A DNA stretch of 64,000 nt. Source: an uncultured Alphaproteobacteria bacterium (GTDB lineage Bacteria > Pseudomonadota > Alphaproteobacteria > Methylaequorales > Methylaequoraceae). A model generated the notes under the pieces. It saw only the letters and a program-made list of their open reading frames with translations, ran no database searches and was not told the origin of the DNA. Positions 20,647-29,662 of this stretch are shown one piece after another; position 1 is the stretch's first letter; the number at the start of each line of letters is the position of its first letter. The translations under genes and the position numbers were made by a program. The stretch spans positions 45,768 through 109,767 of the forward strand of contig CABZMK010000001.1 in NCBI GenBank assembly GCA_902526865.1. Direction: 5' to 3'.

Positions 20647-21966
20647 ATGGTTATAGCAAAAAAAATACTCCAGACTATAGATTCACATACTATAACTCAA
20701 AATAGGATCTATAAGAGTAAAACATCAAAATTTGATGGTAAAGTTGTCGAATGTGAAGCATTTCCCTCACCAATCGGCACAACATGTGAAATAGAATGTA
20801 ATGACAAAACTATAGTCACGGGAGAAATTATTGGTTTCAAAGAAAATAAAAATATTATTGCCGTTCATGAACATAATGCAAACATAATTTTAGGATCTGA
20901 AATAAGAGTCTTAAATTCATCAAATGATGTAATTGTGGGTTCTCATTTACTTGGAAGGGTTTTAGATGCTTTTGGGAATCCAATAGATGGTGGCGCAAAA
21001 ATAAATGACTCTGCAGAAACATGGCCGATTAATGGAAAACCCAATAATCCAATGTCAAAAAAACCGATAAATGAAGTGCTAGATGTTGGTATTAGAGCGA
21101 TCAATTCACTTTTTACTGTAGGAAGAGGCCAAAGGCTTGGAATTATTGCAGGTTCTGGAGTTGGAAAATCTATTTTACTTGGAATGATGACTAAGTTTAC
21201 TAACGCAGATGTTGTTGTTGTAGCACTAATCGGAGAAAGAGGAAGAGAATTAGGTAATTTTGTATCAGAGATATTGAATGACGAATCAAGAAAAAGGACT
21301 GTCACCTTAGCTGTACCAGCAGACAAATCTCCATTGTTAAGAATTAAAGGAGCAGAAAGAGCAACTTCAATCGCAGAATATTTTAGGTCTAAAGGAAAAA
21401 ACGTTTTGCTTATCATGGACTCTCTTACCAGAATAGCTCACGCTAAACGAGAGGTGGGGTTGGCACTGGGTGAACAACCTACTTCAAAAGGATACCCAAC
21501 ATCTGTAATTTCAATGATTCCAAATCTAATTGAAAGAACAGGAGCCGGTTCAAAAAATGAAGGAACTATAACAAGTTTCTATACAATACTGGCAGATTCT
21601 GATGACACGAACGACCCTGTGGTAGACACTGCTAGGGCAATATTAGACGGACATATTGTATTATCTAGAGAACTTGCACAACTTGGAATCTTTCCTGCAA
21701 TTGATTTAAATCAATCATTAAGTAGAGTAATGAATTCTATTGTTAACGAAGAACATCAAAATCAGTCTGAATTAGTAAAAAAATTATACTCCATATACCA
21801 AGAAAACAAAGATCTCATTCTTATGGGTGGATATGCCCAAGGGCAAAACCCTGAAATTGATAGTGCATTAAATAATTGGAATAAAATTTGCAACCATATA
21901 AAACAGCATTTTAAAAAAAAATCAAGTTTTGAAGACAGCATATCAAGCTTGAAGAAGATTAACTGA
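20647..21966 (+). CDS. fliI: Flagellum-specific ATP synthase FliI
   Basis: 439 aa; Walker A GSGVGKS, F1/T3SS ATPase-like core. Confidence 0.9.
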   Translation: MVIAKKILQTIDSHTITQNRIYKSKTSKFDGKVVECEAFPSPIGTTCEIECNDKTIVTGEIIGFKENKNIIAVHEHNANIILGSEIRVLNSSNDVIVGSHLLGRVLDAFGNPIDGGAKINDSAETWPINGKPNNPMSKKPINEVLDVGIRAINSLFTVGRGQRLGIIAGSGVGKSILLGMMTKFTNADVVVVALIGERGRELGNFVSEILNDESRKRTVTLAVPADKSPLLRIKGAERATSIAEYFRSKGKNVLLIMDSLTRIAHAKREVGLALGEQPTSKGYPTSVISMIPNLIERTGAGSKNEGTITSFYTILADSDDTNDPVVDTARAILDGHIVLSRELAQLGIFPAIDLNQSLSRVMNSIVNEEHQNQSELVKKLYSIYQENKDLILMGGYAQGQNPEIDSALNNWNKICNHIKQHFKKKSSFEDSISSLKKIN

Positions 21967-21970
21967 TGAC

Positions 21971-22384
21971 ATGAAAAAAAGAAAATATGATATTTTTTTA
22001 ATCCTTAAAAAATTAAAGAAAAATAAGCTGCTTAACAATTTATCTACACTACATAATGAAAAAAAAAGGCTAGATTTTGTAAAAGAAACGCTGAATGAAA
22101 TGTTAAATCAAAGCTCTGTAAACAAACTTGGTGAACTTTCAGGTTCAGATTTAAAGTTTAGAGCTTCTTTTACAAGCAATTTAATTAATAAACTGGAGGT
22201 TTCAAAAAATAGGGAAAATCATGTATTAGACGAAATTAGTTATAATTTAAAAGAAATAGTAAAAATTGAAAAACAAAAAGAAAAAATAAGTGAAAAAAAG
22301 AAATTTATCAAAATACAAGAGGATAAAGTAAAAGAATTAAAAAAAGAAAATTATTTCAACCCTAAAAATTCAGTTTCTCTTTGA
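21971..22384 (+). CDS. fliJ: Flagellar export chaperone FliJ (by position; coiled coil)
   Basis: 137 aa K/E-rich coiled-coil ORF directly after fliI. Confidence 0.5.
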   Translation: MKKRKYDIFLILKKLKKNKLLNNLSTLHNEKKRLDFVKETLNEMLNQSSVNKLGELSGSDLKFRASFTSNLINKLEVSKNRENHVLDEISYNLKEIVKIEKQKEKISEKKKFIKIQEDKVKELKKENYFNPKNSVSL

Positions 22385-22387
22385 TAG

Positions 22388-22403
22388 TGGCATTATAATT
22401 GCA
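22388..22403 (+). promoter_or_regulatory. Sigma54 promoter TGGCAT-N5-TTGCA
   Basis: GG-N10-GC, excellent match, 25 bp upstream of the fliK-like ATG. Confidence 0.6.
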
Positions 22404-22427
22404 CAATTGCTTTAACAAGGGGCAGTT

Positions 22428-23738
22428 ATGGTTGCAATAAAAAATGATACTAGCAAAAACATAAATTTCGTAAACTCAACTTTACATTCTGAAAAAACAA
22501 ATGAGCTATTTGCTGAACTCTTTGCACTAATAAATACAAATAGTTTAGATCCTGAAAATAAAAATTTACTGAAAGATGTAGTCTTACAAAAACCTGAAAC
22601 TAAAGAATTTTTGGATGTAAATAAAAATATCCCTGAAAATAGTTTGTTGAAAGTTACTTCCGAGCAGAAAAATAAATTTGAGGTTACAGATTCTGAATAC
22701 GAGACTGCAAAATCACTTATAGAGGTATTTTATAAAGAAATTGGTATTGTCGAACCTTTGAATCAAACAAAAAATGCTAATCCAAACAGTTTAAATCAAA
22801 ATCCAAAATCATTATTAAATAAAAATTTTACAACAGGAAAAAAAAAAATAGCTGTAGAGAATAAATTGGATTCTAATGAGTTTGATTTAGCTCTAAAAAA
22901 TGATAATTCAAAAAAAATTGTTATAAACATAATTAAAGATCCTTCACATTACAAAAAAATTAATAAAGATGATCACCGTCCAAAATTTTTTACAGAAAAT
23001 AAAAGTCAGATTGATAATAAAGTACTAAAGCAGCAAAATGAGTTTAATTACAAAGCAAATAACACAAACTTTGAAACTGCGAGTATTAACAAAAAAATAA
23101 ACAAAAAAAATAAACAATTTAAAGTTTCAGCAAAGGATAAAATTGAACACAACCACCTAATTACAAAACAAGTTAAAATTGAGAATAGAAAAAATACTAA
23201 TTTTACTCAAATTATGAAAAAATCAGGAGAAATTCAAATAGGTCAGAAAAGAGAAATCAGCAATAAAGATTTTTTAAAAACCGTGGAAACTAAAGATAAT
23301 CAGATGCAAAATAAAGGGCAAATCTTTTTGGATTTATTGGAGAGTAGCTGGGGCGAAAAATTCTCTCGAATTGTAAAAAATGCGGTCAATAACGGTGTAA
23401 ACAAATTAGAAATTCAAGTTAAACCAAAGAATTTAGGCAAATTAAATCTCGAGGTTTCTGTGAAAAATAGTGTCACAGCCATTAATATTGGATCAGAGAA
23501 TCAAGATGTTGTAAGTCTTCTTAATGACAACCTTCCAAAACTTTTAGAATCAATTGATAAAGAAAGCAAAAGTTTCTCAAGTAATATGAATAATGAAGAT
23601 AACAATAGTAATTATTTTAACCAAAGAAATGAAAAAGAAAATTTTTTGTCGAACAATGAAATTTCCAAAAAGAATAAAAAAGAAGTTGAAAATAAAAATC
23701 AAAAATTTAGTAATCATAATATTGATGTGAATGCCTAA
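22428..23738 (+). CDS. fliK: Flagellar hook-length control protein FliK-like
   Basis: 436 aa low-complexity N/K-rich protein with C-terminal Flg_hook-like domain (LEIQVKPKNLGKLNLEVSV...AINIGSENQDVVSLL). Confidence 0.65.
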   Translation: MVAIKNDTSKNINFVNSTLHSEKTNELFAELFALINTNSLDPENKNLLKDVVLQKPETKEFLDVNKNIPENSLLKVTSEQKNKFEVTDSEYETAKSLIEVFYKEIGIVEPLNQTKNANPNSLNQNPKSLLNKNFTTGKKKIAVENKLDSNEFDLALKNDNSKKIVINIIKDPSHYKKINKDDHRPKFFTENKSQIDNKVLKQQNEFNYKANNTNFETASINKKINKKNKQFKVSAKDKIEHNHLITKQVKIENRKNTNFTQIMKKSGEIQIGQKREISNKDFLKTVETKDNQMQNKGQIFLDLLESSWGEKFSRIVKNAVNNGVNKLEIQVKPKNLGKLNLEVSVKNSVTAINIGSENQDVVSLLNDNLPKLLESIDKESKSFSSNMNNEDNNSNYFNQRNEKENFLSNNEISKKNKKEVENKNQKFSNHNIDVNA

Positions 23739-23765
23739 TTAATTTAAAGTATTAAGGAGAGAATA

Positions 23766-24398
23766 ATGGCAGAAGAGAATAATCAAGAAACTGAAAAGAA
23801 GTCACCCTTAAAATTAATTTTGATGATTGTAGGTGGCATAGTCCTTCTAGGAACAGGTATTGGAGTTGGAATTTTCATGGGTGGGGGAGAGGATACAGAT
23901 CCATCAGCTGAGATATCTCAGATTATTGAAAAAAAAGAAAACCCTGAACCATCAAAAAATGAAGACGATGAAAATATTGATGAGGCTGCTGCTGAATGTG
24001 CGGAAGAAGAAAAAGACGAAGAAGGCAACTGTCCTTCAGGTCCAAAGAAGATTCCAAAGATCACACCTGAAGAAGAAATATTTACAACAACGTATTATGA
24101 ATTTCCTGGTAATTTCACAGCCAATTTAAAGGGTTCAAAAAAGTTTCTTCAACTCTCAGTCGGAGTTTCAACTCAATATGACGAACAAGTAATGGTAAAT
24201 GTAGAGAGTCATCAACTTGCTCTTAGATCTGAAATATTGACCATCATGTCGGAATTTTCTTCTGAAGATATTGCTGGTAAAGAGGGTAAAAATAACTTGG
24301 CTGAATCATTGAGAGATGGAATTAATGAGGTTCTTGTAAAAGTTGAAGGCTTTGGTGGAATCGAAAATGTTCATTTTACCTCATTTGTAGTACAATAG
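23766..24398 (+). CDS. fliL: Flagellar basal body-associated protein FliL
   Basis: 210 aa; single N-terminal TM then FliL periplasmic domain (YYEFPGNFTANLKGSKKFLQLSVGVS). Confidence 0.7.
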   Translation: MAEENNQETEKKSPLKLILMIVGGIVLLGTGIGVGIFMGGGEDTDPSAEISQIIEKKENPEPSKNEDDENIDEAAAECAEEEKDEEGNCPSGPKKIPKITPEEEIFTTTYYEFPGNFTANLKGSKKFLQLSVGVSTQYDEQVMVNVESHQLALRSEILTIMSEFSSEDIAGKEGKNNLAESLRDGINEVLVKVEGFGGIENVHFTSFVVQ

Positions 24399-24410
24399 GA
24401 AATTAAAATT

Positions 24411-25388
24411 ATGTCTGAACCATCAAGGAAATTATCAACCGAAGAAGTCAACGCCTTAATGGACGGTCTTAAATCAGGAGATTTAAGTGCATCAACTTCA
24501 GTTAAAGATGGAACTGCGATTGAGTACAAAAAATTTAATTTTGGCTCAGACGATCTTTCACTTTTAGGAGACTATTACGCTTTAAGACTGATAAATGAGA
24601 GGTTCGCAAGAACGGTTAGAGGAGTATTTCTCCCATTGCTAAGAGTTCAACCTAGAATAAGTTCGTTTCCCCCAGAAGTAAAATCTTTCGAAGAATACAG
24701 TTCGGGTTTAGATGCATTTATGAGTTTAACAAATAGTAGAATAGACGAGTTAAGAGGTTCCATGCTGACTGTTCTGCCACCATCTTTTGTTAGCCTTTGT
24801 ACTAGTAGTAGATATGGAGGAAAATTAGAGGTTAATGACGCTTCGAGAAGTGAATTTACTGCAACCGAAGAAAAAATAATCGAAGTTATAAATAATGGAA
24901 TCTCAGAGGTTCTTGAACAATGTTGGAAAGATCTAACGCCTATTTCAATCAAATTTCAAAGTAGAGAGCAAAATCCACAGTTTGCTGCTTTTGTAGAATC
25001 TACAGATTTAGTTATAGTATGTTCATTTGTAATGCAGTTACCTAACATTGACTCAATGTCTTTCGATGTAGTTTACCCACTTCAAACACTTAAACCAGTT
25101 TCATCTTTACTGAGATCCAGAGTTCAATCTGATGTAGTTGAGTCTAACATGACGTGGAGAGATAAGCTAGAAAAAGCAATATTAGAAATTCCTTTATTAG
25201 TCAAAAGTAATCTAAGTGAACCGGTTGTCTCAATGTCTAAATTGCTGAGAATGAAGGCAGGAGACACGTTAAACGTAAATTTAGAAGATAAGGTCGATTT
25301 TTATGTTGAAAATCAAAAATACTTTAAAGCTGAAATGGGAGAACTTAACGGCAATGCTTCAGTAAAGCTTGCTACACGAAATAATTAA
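24411..25388 (+). CDS. fliM: Flagellar motor switch protein FliM
   Basis: 325 aa; N-terminal CheY-binding-like LSTEEVNALM; FliM middle domain; C-terminal SpoA-like. Confidence 0.8.
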   Translation: MSEPSRKLSTEEVNALMDGLKSGDLSASTSVKDGTAIEYKKFNFGSDDLSLLGDYYALRLINERFARTVRGVFLPLLRVQPRISSFPPEVKSFEEYSSGLDAFMSLTNSRIDELRGSMLTVLPPSFVSLCTSSRYGGKLEVNDASRSEFTATEEKIIEVINNGISEVLEQCWKDLTPISIKFQSREQNPQFAAFVESTDLVIVCSFVMQLPNIDSMSFDVVYPLQTLKPVSSLLRSRVQSDVVESNMTWRDKLEKAILEIPLLVKSNLSEPVVSMSKLLRMKAGDTLNVNLEDKVDFYVENQKYFKAEMGELNGNASVKLATRNN

Positions 25389-25399
25389 GGAGAAAAATT

Positions 25400-25801
25400 A
25401 TGAATGCAGAAACCGCAGAAAAAGATAAAAATCAAACCGAGCAAGCTCAGGAAGAAACTAAGGCACCTGAAGCCTCAGCTGAAAATCAGGTCAATAAACC
25501 TGAGACAGAATCCACAAAGACCGCAGACAAAAATACTGCAGCAGTAAGTAATTTGAGACTTCTGGAAAACATAGAAGTAAAACTTACTGTTGAAGTTGGA
25601 AATACTGAAATTAAAATCAAAGACTTGTTAAGATTAAATGAAGGATCAGTTGTTGAACTAGATAGATTGGCTGGAGACGCTTTAGATATTTTAGCAAATG
25701 GGACAAAAATTGCTAAAGGCGAAGTTGTTATGGTTGGTGAAAAATTTGGTATAAGATTTACTGAAGTTGCTACCCCAGAGGAACTAATTGAAAACTTATA
25801 A
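25400..25801 (+). CDS. fliN: Flagellar motor switch protein FliN
   Basis: 133 aa; C-terminal SpoA domain (LLRLNEGSVVELDRLAGDALDILANGTKIAKGEVV). Confidence 0.85.
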   Translation: MNAETAEKDKNQTEQAQEETKAPEASAENQVNKPETESTKTADKNTAAVSNLRLLENIEVKLTVEVGNTEIKIKDLLRLNEGSVVELDRLAGDALDILANGTKIAKGEVVMVGEKFGIRFTEVATPEELIENL

Positions 25802-25802
25802 T

Positions 25803-25818
25803 TGTCAGGAAATTGACA
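25803..25818. promoter_or_regulatory. 16-bp palindrome TGTCAGGAAATTGACA, candidate activator (FleQ-box-like) site about 65 bp upstream of a sigma54 promoter
   Basis: Second copy of the TGTCAGnAAAnTGACA motif; followed by a T-run and could double as a weak terminator stem after fliN. Confidence 0.5.
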
Positions 25819-25880
25819 TCTTCTTTTTTAATCAATAATTTATAAATAAAATCAACAACTTACAATAAGTGTCGTTGTTA

Positions 25881-25896
25881 CGGCAAGGTTTTTGCA
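25881..25896 (+). promoter_or_regulatory. Sigma54 promoter CGGCAA-N5-TTGCA upstream of fliO
   Basis: GG-N10-GC spacing; lies in the fliN-fliO gap. Confidence 0.55.
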
Positions 25897-25929
25897 TTCC
25901 TCTTGTATTAACTAATCAAGAGGGGAAAA

Positions 25930-26256
25930 ATGCCAGAATATGTAGGTCCAAGTTTATCAAACTATTTACTCGTATTAGGATTTTTAGCTCTGCTTTTTGT
26001 AGGCTTGTATTATATAAAGAAAAACAAACACATAATCTCAAGAACCATTAATTCAAAAAAAAGAATGAAAGTATCTGAAGTTACCCTACTGGGACAAGGC
26101 GATAGAGCTTTAATCTTAAATTTAGATAATAAAGATTATCTTTTTATTTCTGGGAAAAATTCTGGTTCTTTATTGACAGAAATAAAAAATAACAGTCTTA
26201 AAGGTAACAATCTTGAGAAAGTATTTGAAAATAGGCTAAGAAATGAAAAAAATTAA
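25930..26256 (+). CDS. fliO: Flagellar biosynthesis protein FliO
   Basis: 108 aa with single TM; position before fliP, which it overlaps. Confidence 0.6.
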   Translation: MPEYVGPSLSNYLLVLGFLALLFVGLYYIKKNKHIISRTINSKKRMKVSEVTLLGQGDRALILNLDNKDYLFISGKNSGSLLTEIKNNSLKGNNLEKVFENRLRNEKN

Positions 26257-26989
26257 TTTTTTGATTTTAATTATTATTCTTTTTCCATTTTTTGGGTTTT
26301 CTCAAATGGCTCCTGAAGGATTAGAAGCATTAACTATTACTGAGTCAGAAAATGGCACAAAAACATATTCTGTGTCTCTAAAAATTTTAGCCTTGATGAC
26401 AGCTTTAACAATTCTGCCTTCACTCGTTTTAGGAATGACTGCTTTTACAAGAATTATTATTGTTATGTCTATTTTAAGACAAGCTCTTGGCACACAGCAA
26501 ACACCGCCTAACCAAATTTTAGTTGCTATATCCTTATTTCTTACTTTTTTTGTAATGGCACCCACCTTTAATAAAATTTACTCTGATGTTTCCGAACCTT
26601 ATAATAATGGAGAAATGAATTTATCTGAGGCAGTTGAAAGTGGCGGGGGAGAGCTAAAAAAATTCATGGTTAAAAATACAAGAAAAAATGACCTGCTAAT
26701 GTTTTCAGAGATGGCAAATGAGGGAAAGTTTGAAAATAGTTCTCAAATTCCCTTTTACATTGTTTTACCAGCATATATTACAAGTGAATTAAAAACTGCA
26801 TTTCAGATTGGTTTTTTACTTTTTTTACCTTTTTTGGTAATAGATATGGTTGTAGCTTCAGTTTTAATGTCGCTTGGTATGATGATGTTGTCTCCAATGT
26901 TAATTGCCCTTCCCTTTAAACTACTCCTTTTTGTTTTAGTTGATGGTTGGTCAATGACTGTGGGATCTCTGGTTGGAACGTTTTCATGA
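26243..26989 (+). CDS. fliP: Flagellar export apparatus protein FliP
   Basis: 248 aa; signal peptide; FliP core (MTAFTRIIIVMSILRQALGTQQTPPNQ). Confidence 0.9.
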   Translation: MKKINFLILIIILFPFFGFSQMAPEGLEALTITESENGTKTYSVSLKILALMTALTILPSLVLGMTAFTRIIIVMSILRQALGTQQTPPNQILVAISLFLTFFVMAPTFNKIYSDVSEPYNNGEMNLSEAVESGGGELKKFMVKNTRKNDLLMFSEMANEGKFENSSQIPFYIVLPAYITSELKTAFQIGFLLFLPFLVIDMVVASVLMSLGMMMLSPMLIALPFKLLLFVLVDGWSMTVGSLVGTFS

Positions 26990-27009
26990 ATTTAGTGTTT
27001 TAGGAGTAA

Positions 27010-27282
27010 TTGGTAATGGGATTTGATCAAAATGTTGAAATGATAAGATTAGCTTTTTATCAAGTTTTGATTTCTAGTGGCCCATTTCTAGGTGCAGCTC
27101 TTGCTATTGGCTTGGTTATTGGAATTATTCAAGCAGCCACTTCAATCCAGGAAATGACACTTAGTTTTGTTCCAAAAATTGTCATAGTTATCTTTGCAAT
27201 AGGATTTTTGGCTAATTTTCTTTTAGTAAGTTTAACCGATTATTTTCAATTTATTTTTGATACAATTTCAGGAATAAATTAA
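27010..27282 (+). CDS. fliQ: Flagellar export apparatus protein FliQ
   Basis: 90 aa, two TMs, FliQ-like. Confidence 0.8.
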   Translation: MVMGFDQNVEMIRLAFYQVLISSGPFLGAALAIGLVIGIIQAATSIQEMTLSFVPKIVIVIFAIGFLANFLLVSLTDYFQFIFDTISGIN

Positions 27283-28097
27283 TGTTTATTCCATTACCTT
27301 TTTACAGTCCTATGGATGCCCTACCAGGACTCGAATTAAACTCTCTTATTGAGTACTTATTTAAATTCTTTTTATGTTCGATAAGATTATCAGCATTTTT
27401 CATATCAAGCCCTTTTTTTGGTTCAAGAGTTATTCCTTTAAATGTAAAGATAATTTTTTCTTTAGTGATTTCATTTTTTTATTTTGGGTATCTCTCTGAT
27501 ATTCAAATATCAGAACAAATTCTTGATAACCTTGTTATTGTAGTAATTGCAGAAGCTTTGATTGGATTATCATTGGGTTTAACATTAACAATATGGTTTG
27601 CAGCAGCAAGTTTGGCTGGAGAGAAAATAGCAGCTACTACTGGGTTAGGTTTTTCCCAAATGGTTGATCCAGATACAGGCGGACAAACACCCGTAATTAG
27701 TCTAATATTAGACTTATTCTTAATTACTATTTTTTTATCGTTAAATGGACATTTAATTGCGATTGAATTTTTATTTAAAAGCTTTGAAATTTTTAATATT
27801 AATGACGGAATACCCCCATTTGGTCTTGTCGGTTTGGGCATAGAAGCTGCTGGTGCTATGTTTTATACGGGAGGATTAATAATGCTTCCAGTTGTTGGAG
27901 CACTTTTACTAACAAACATTGCAATAGGAATTATAACAAGAGCAGCTCCTCAATTAAATATGTTTTCGTTTGCATTTCCTGTAACTATGATTCTAGCTTT
28001 CTTTATAATGTATTTAGCTTCTCAATCTATAGGAAATGCATTTGCAGAGCTTACCAATAGTTCTTTAGAATCGATAGAAAATATACTCGTTAATTAA
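27282..28097 (+). CDS. fliR: Flagellar export apparatus protein FliR
   Basis: 271 aa polytopic; follows fliQ with start/stop overlap. Confidence 0.8.
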   Translation: MFIPLPFYSPMDALPGLELNSLIEYLFKFFLCSIRLSAFFISSPFFGSRVIPLNVKIIFSLVISFFYFGYLSDIQISEQILDNLVIVVIAEALIGLSLGLTLTIWFAAASLAGEKIAATTGLGFSQMVDPDTGGQTPVISLILDLFLITIFLSLNGHLIAIEFLFKSFEIFNINDGIPPFGLVGLGIEAAGAMFYTGGLIMLPVVGALLLTNIAIGIITRAAPQLNMFSFAFPVTMILAFFIMYLASQSIGNAFAELTNSSLESIENILVN

Positions 28098-28112
28098 AAA
28101 GGATATAATTGA

Positions 28113-29264
28113 ATGGCAGAAGACAAAGACGAAAGTCAAGAAAAAACCGAGGAACCAACCGCCCGAAGACTTGAAAAAGCAAAAGAGGATGGGAAAGTTC
28201 TGTCTTCAAAAGAAGCTTTTGTTTTTAGTTCAATGTTCATGGGAGTATTACTATTTTATCTAGCTCCAATGCTTTTAGACGATTTTTTAAAAATTTGTAA
28301 ATCTCTATTTTCGTTTGGGCCAGAGTTAGCCTCTGGAAAGTCTCCTCTGGAATCTGTTACTGTAGTTGTAAAATTTTTCATTCAAGTATTTTTAATTTTT
28401 TCAATACCACTATTAGTAGTAAGTGTTCTAACGCAATTTTTAATCGGTGGAATAAACTTCTCCTTAAAGTCAGTTTACTGGAAGTTTGAAAAAATGAATC
28501 CAATTAAAGGATTAAAAAGAATATTTTCACTTAAAGGATTAGTAGAGTTAGTTAAAGCTATATTGAAAGTCAGTCTTCTTGGTCTGGTAGCTTTTTATCT
28601 GATTGAAAATAATTTATCTGATTTAGTCAACTTAACAACTGCTAATATTTTTTCCGCAGTAAATAGACTTTTTTCTTTTTTTCCAGAAATAATTGCCTAT
28701 CTCCTTGTCGTTCTCGCATTCATAGCTTTTATAGATGTGGTTTACCAAAAGTATGATTATATTAAGCAACTAAGAATGTCTCATCAAGACCTCAAAGACG
28801 AATACAAAGAAACTGATGGACAACCAGAAGTCAAACAAAAAATAAGAAAACTTCAAGCCGAAGCTGCAACAAAAAGTAGAAAAGAAGCATCGTCTGTTGA
28901 TAACCTTGAAGAAGCTACTGCAATAATTACAAACCCAACACACTTTGCCGTAGCTCTGAAATATGAGGTTGGGGACGCAAAAGCTCCTACAATTATATCA
29001 AAAGGAAGAGGTAAAATTGCTGAATCTATAATTAAGAAAGGAAAAGAACTTAAGATTGGTACAATGCAAAGTCCTAAACTGGCAAGAGCAATATACTATA
29101 CATCTGAAATTGGTGATGAAATTATGAGTAAGCTTTACAATGCTGTTGCTATTGCCTTAGCATATATTTATAAAATAGATAATGGAGAAGAAATTGAGAA
29201 ACCAGAGATAGAGGTACCTGAAGATATGATTTTTGATGAGTTTGGGAGAAAAAATGATCAATAG
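28113..29264 (+). CDS. flhB: Flagellar export apparatus switch protein FlhB
   Basis: 383 aa; four TMs then cytoplasmic domain with NPTH autocleavage motif (ITNPTHFAVAL). Confidence 0.9.
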   Translation: MAEDKDESQEKTEEPTARRLEKAKEDGKVLSSKEAFVFSSMFMGVLLFYLAPMLLDDFLKICKSLFSFGPELASGKSPLESVTVVVKFFIQVFLIFSIPLLVVSVLTQFLIGGINFSLKSVYWKFEKMNPIKGLKRIFSLKGLVELVKAILKVSLLGLVAFYLIENNLSDLVNLTTANIFSAVNRLFSFFPEIIAYLLVVLAFIAFIDVVYQKYDYIKQLRMSHQDLKDEYKETDGQPEVKQKIRKLQAEAATKSRKEASSVDNLEEATAIITNPTHFAVALKYEVGDAKAPTIISKGRGKIAESIIKKGKELKIGTMQSPKLARAIYYTSEIGDEIMSKLYNAVAIALAYIYKIDNGEEIEKPEIEVPEDMIFDEFGRKNDQ

Positions 29265-29475
29265 AAATATTTCACAACTAATTGTTACTGTTGCATTTCT
29301 TTACAGCTCACTAATATGCCACTTTAAGGCTATCGAAGTGTTCGAAGAGAAAAATTTTTTGCTTGCTTTATTTCTTTGGTTTTGTGCTTTAACTTCTTTT
29401 TGTGGTGCGTTAAGATTCCAAATTGCAAAACTATATTATAAAATAAGAGATCTAACAAAAAATGAACCAAAATAA
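29233..29475 (+). CDS. Small membrane protein (80 aa), translationally coupled to flhB
   Basis: Two hydrophobic helices; overlaps the flhB 3' end; no homology recognised. Confidence 0.35.
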   Translation: MMSLGEKMINRNISQLIVTVAFLYSSLICHFKAIEVFEEKNFLLALFLWFCALTSFCGALRFQIAKLYYKIRDLTKNEPK

Positions 29476-29662
29476 CTGTAATAACTGCACGCACTTTTAT
29501 GTGACCCACAAGAAAAACTTTCCTTATGGTTGTAAAGCATTTGGTGTAATTTCAAAAAATAATCCATATTTAGAAATAAAGAAAGTTTCTGGCACAGATT
29601 GTGCACTATTTCAAAAAAAACAAAAAAGTGTTAAAACATTTAATAAAGGAAGAATTGCATGA
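29462..29662 (+). CDS. Cys4 mini-protein (66 aa), possible zinc ribbon
   Basis: CNNC...C...C spacing (Cys 6, 9, 24, 47); overlaps neighbouring ORFs by stop/start. Confidence 0.35.
   Translation: MNQNNCNNCTHFYVTHKKNFPYGCKAFGVISKNNPYLEIKKVSGTDCALFQKKQKSVKTFNKGRIA
29590..29605 (+). promoter_or_regulatory. Sigma54 promoter-like element TGGCAC-N5-GTGCA inside the Cys4 ORF
   Basis: Perfect -24 TGGCAC and GG-N10-GC spacing, about 55 bp upstream of the coiled-coil gene start. Confidence 0.4.

Noticed and set aside
25803-25835. Possible rho-independent terminator after fliN (TGTCAGGAAATTGACA stem-loop followed by TCTTCTTTTTT)
   Set aside because: The stem is only 5-6 bp and AT-rich, so it is weak as a terminator. 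The same palindrome recurs upstream of another sigma54 promoter, so a protein-binding site is the more parsimonious reading. A dual role is not excluded.
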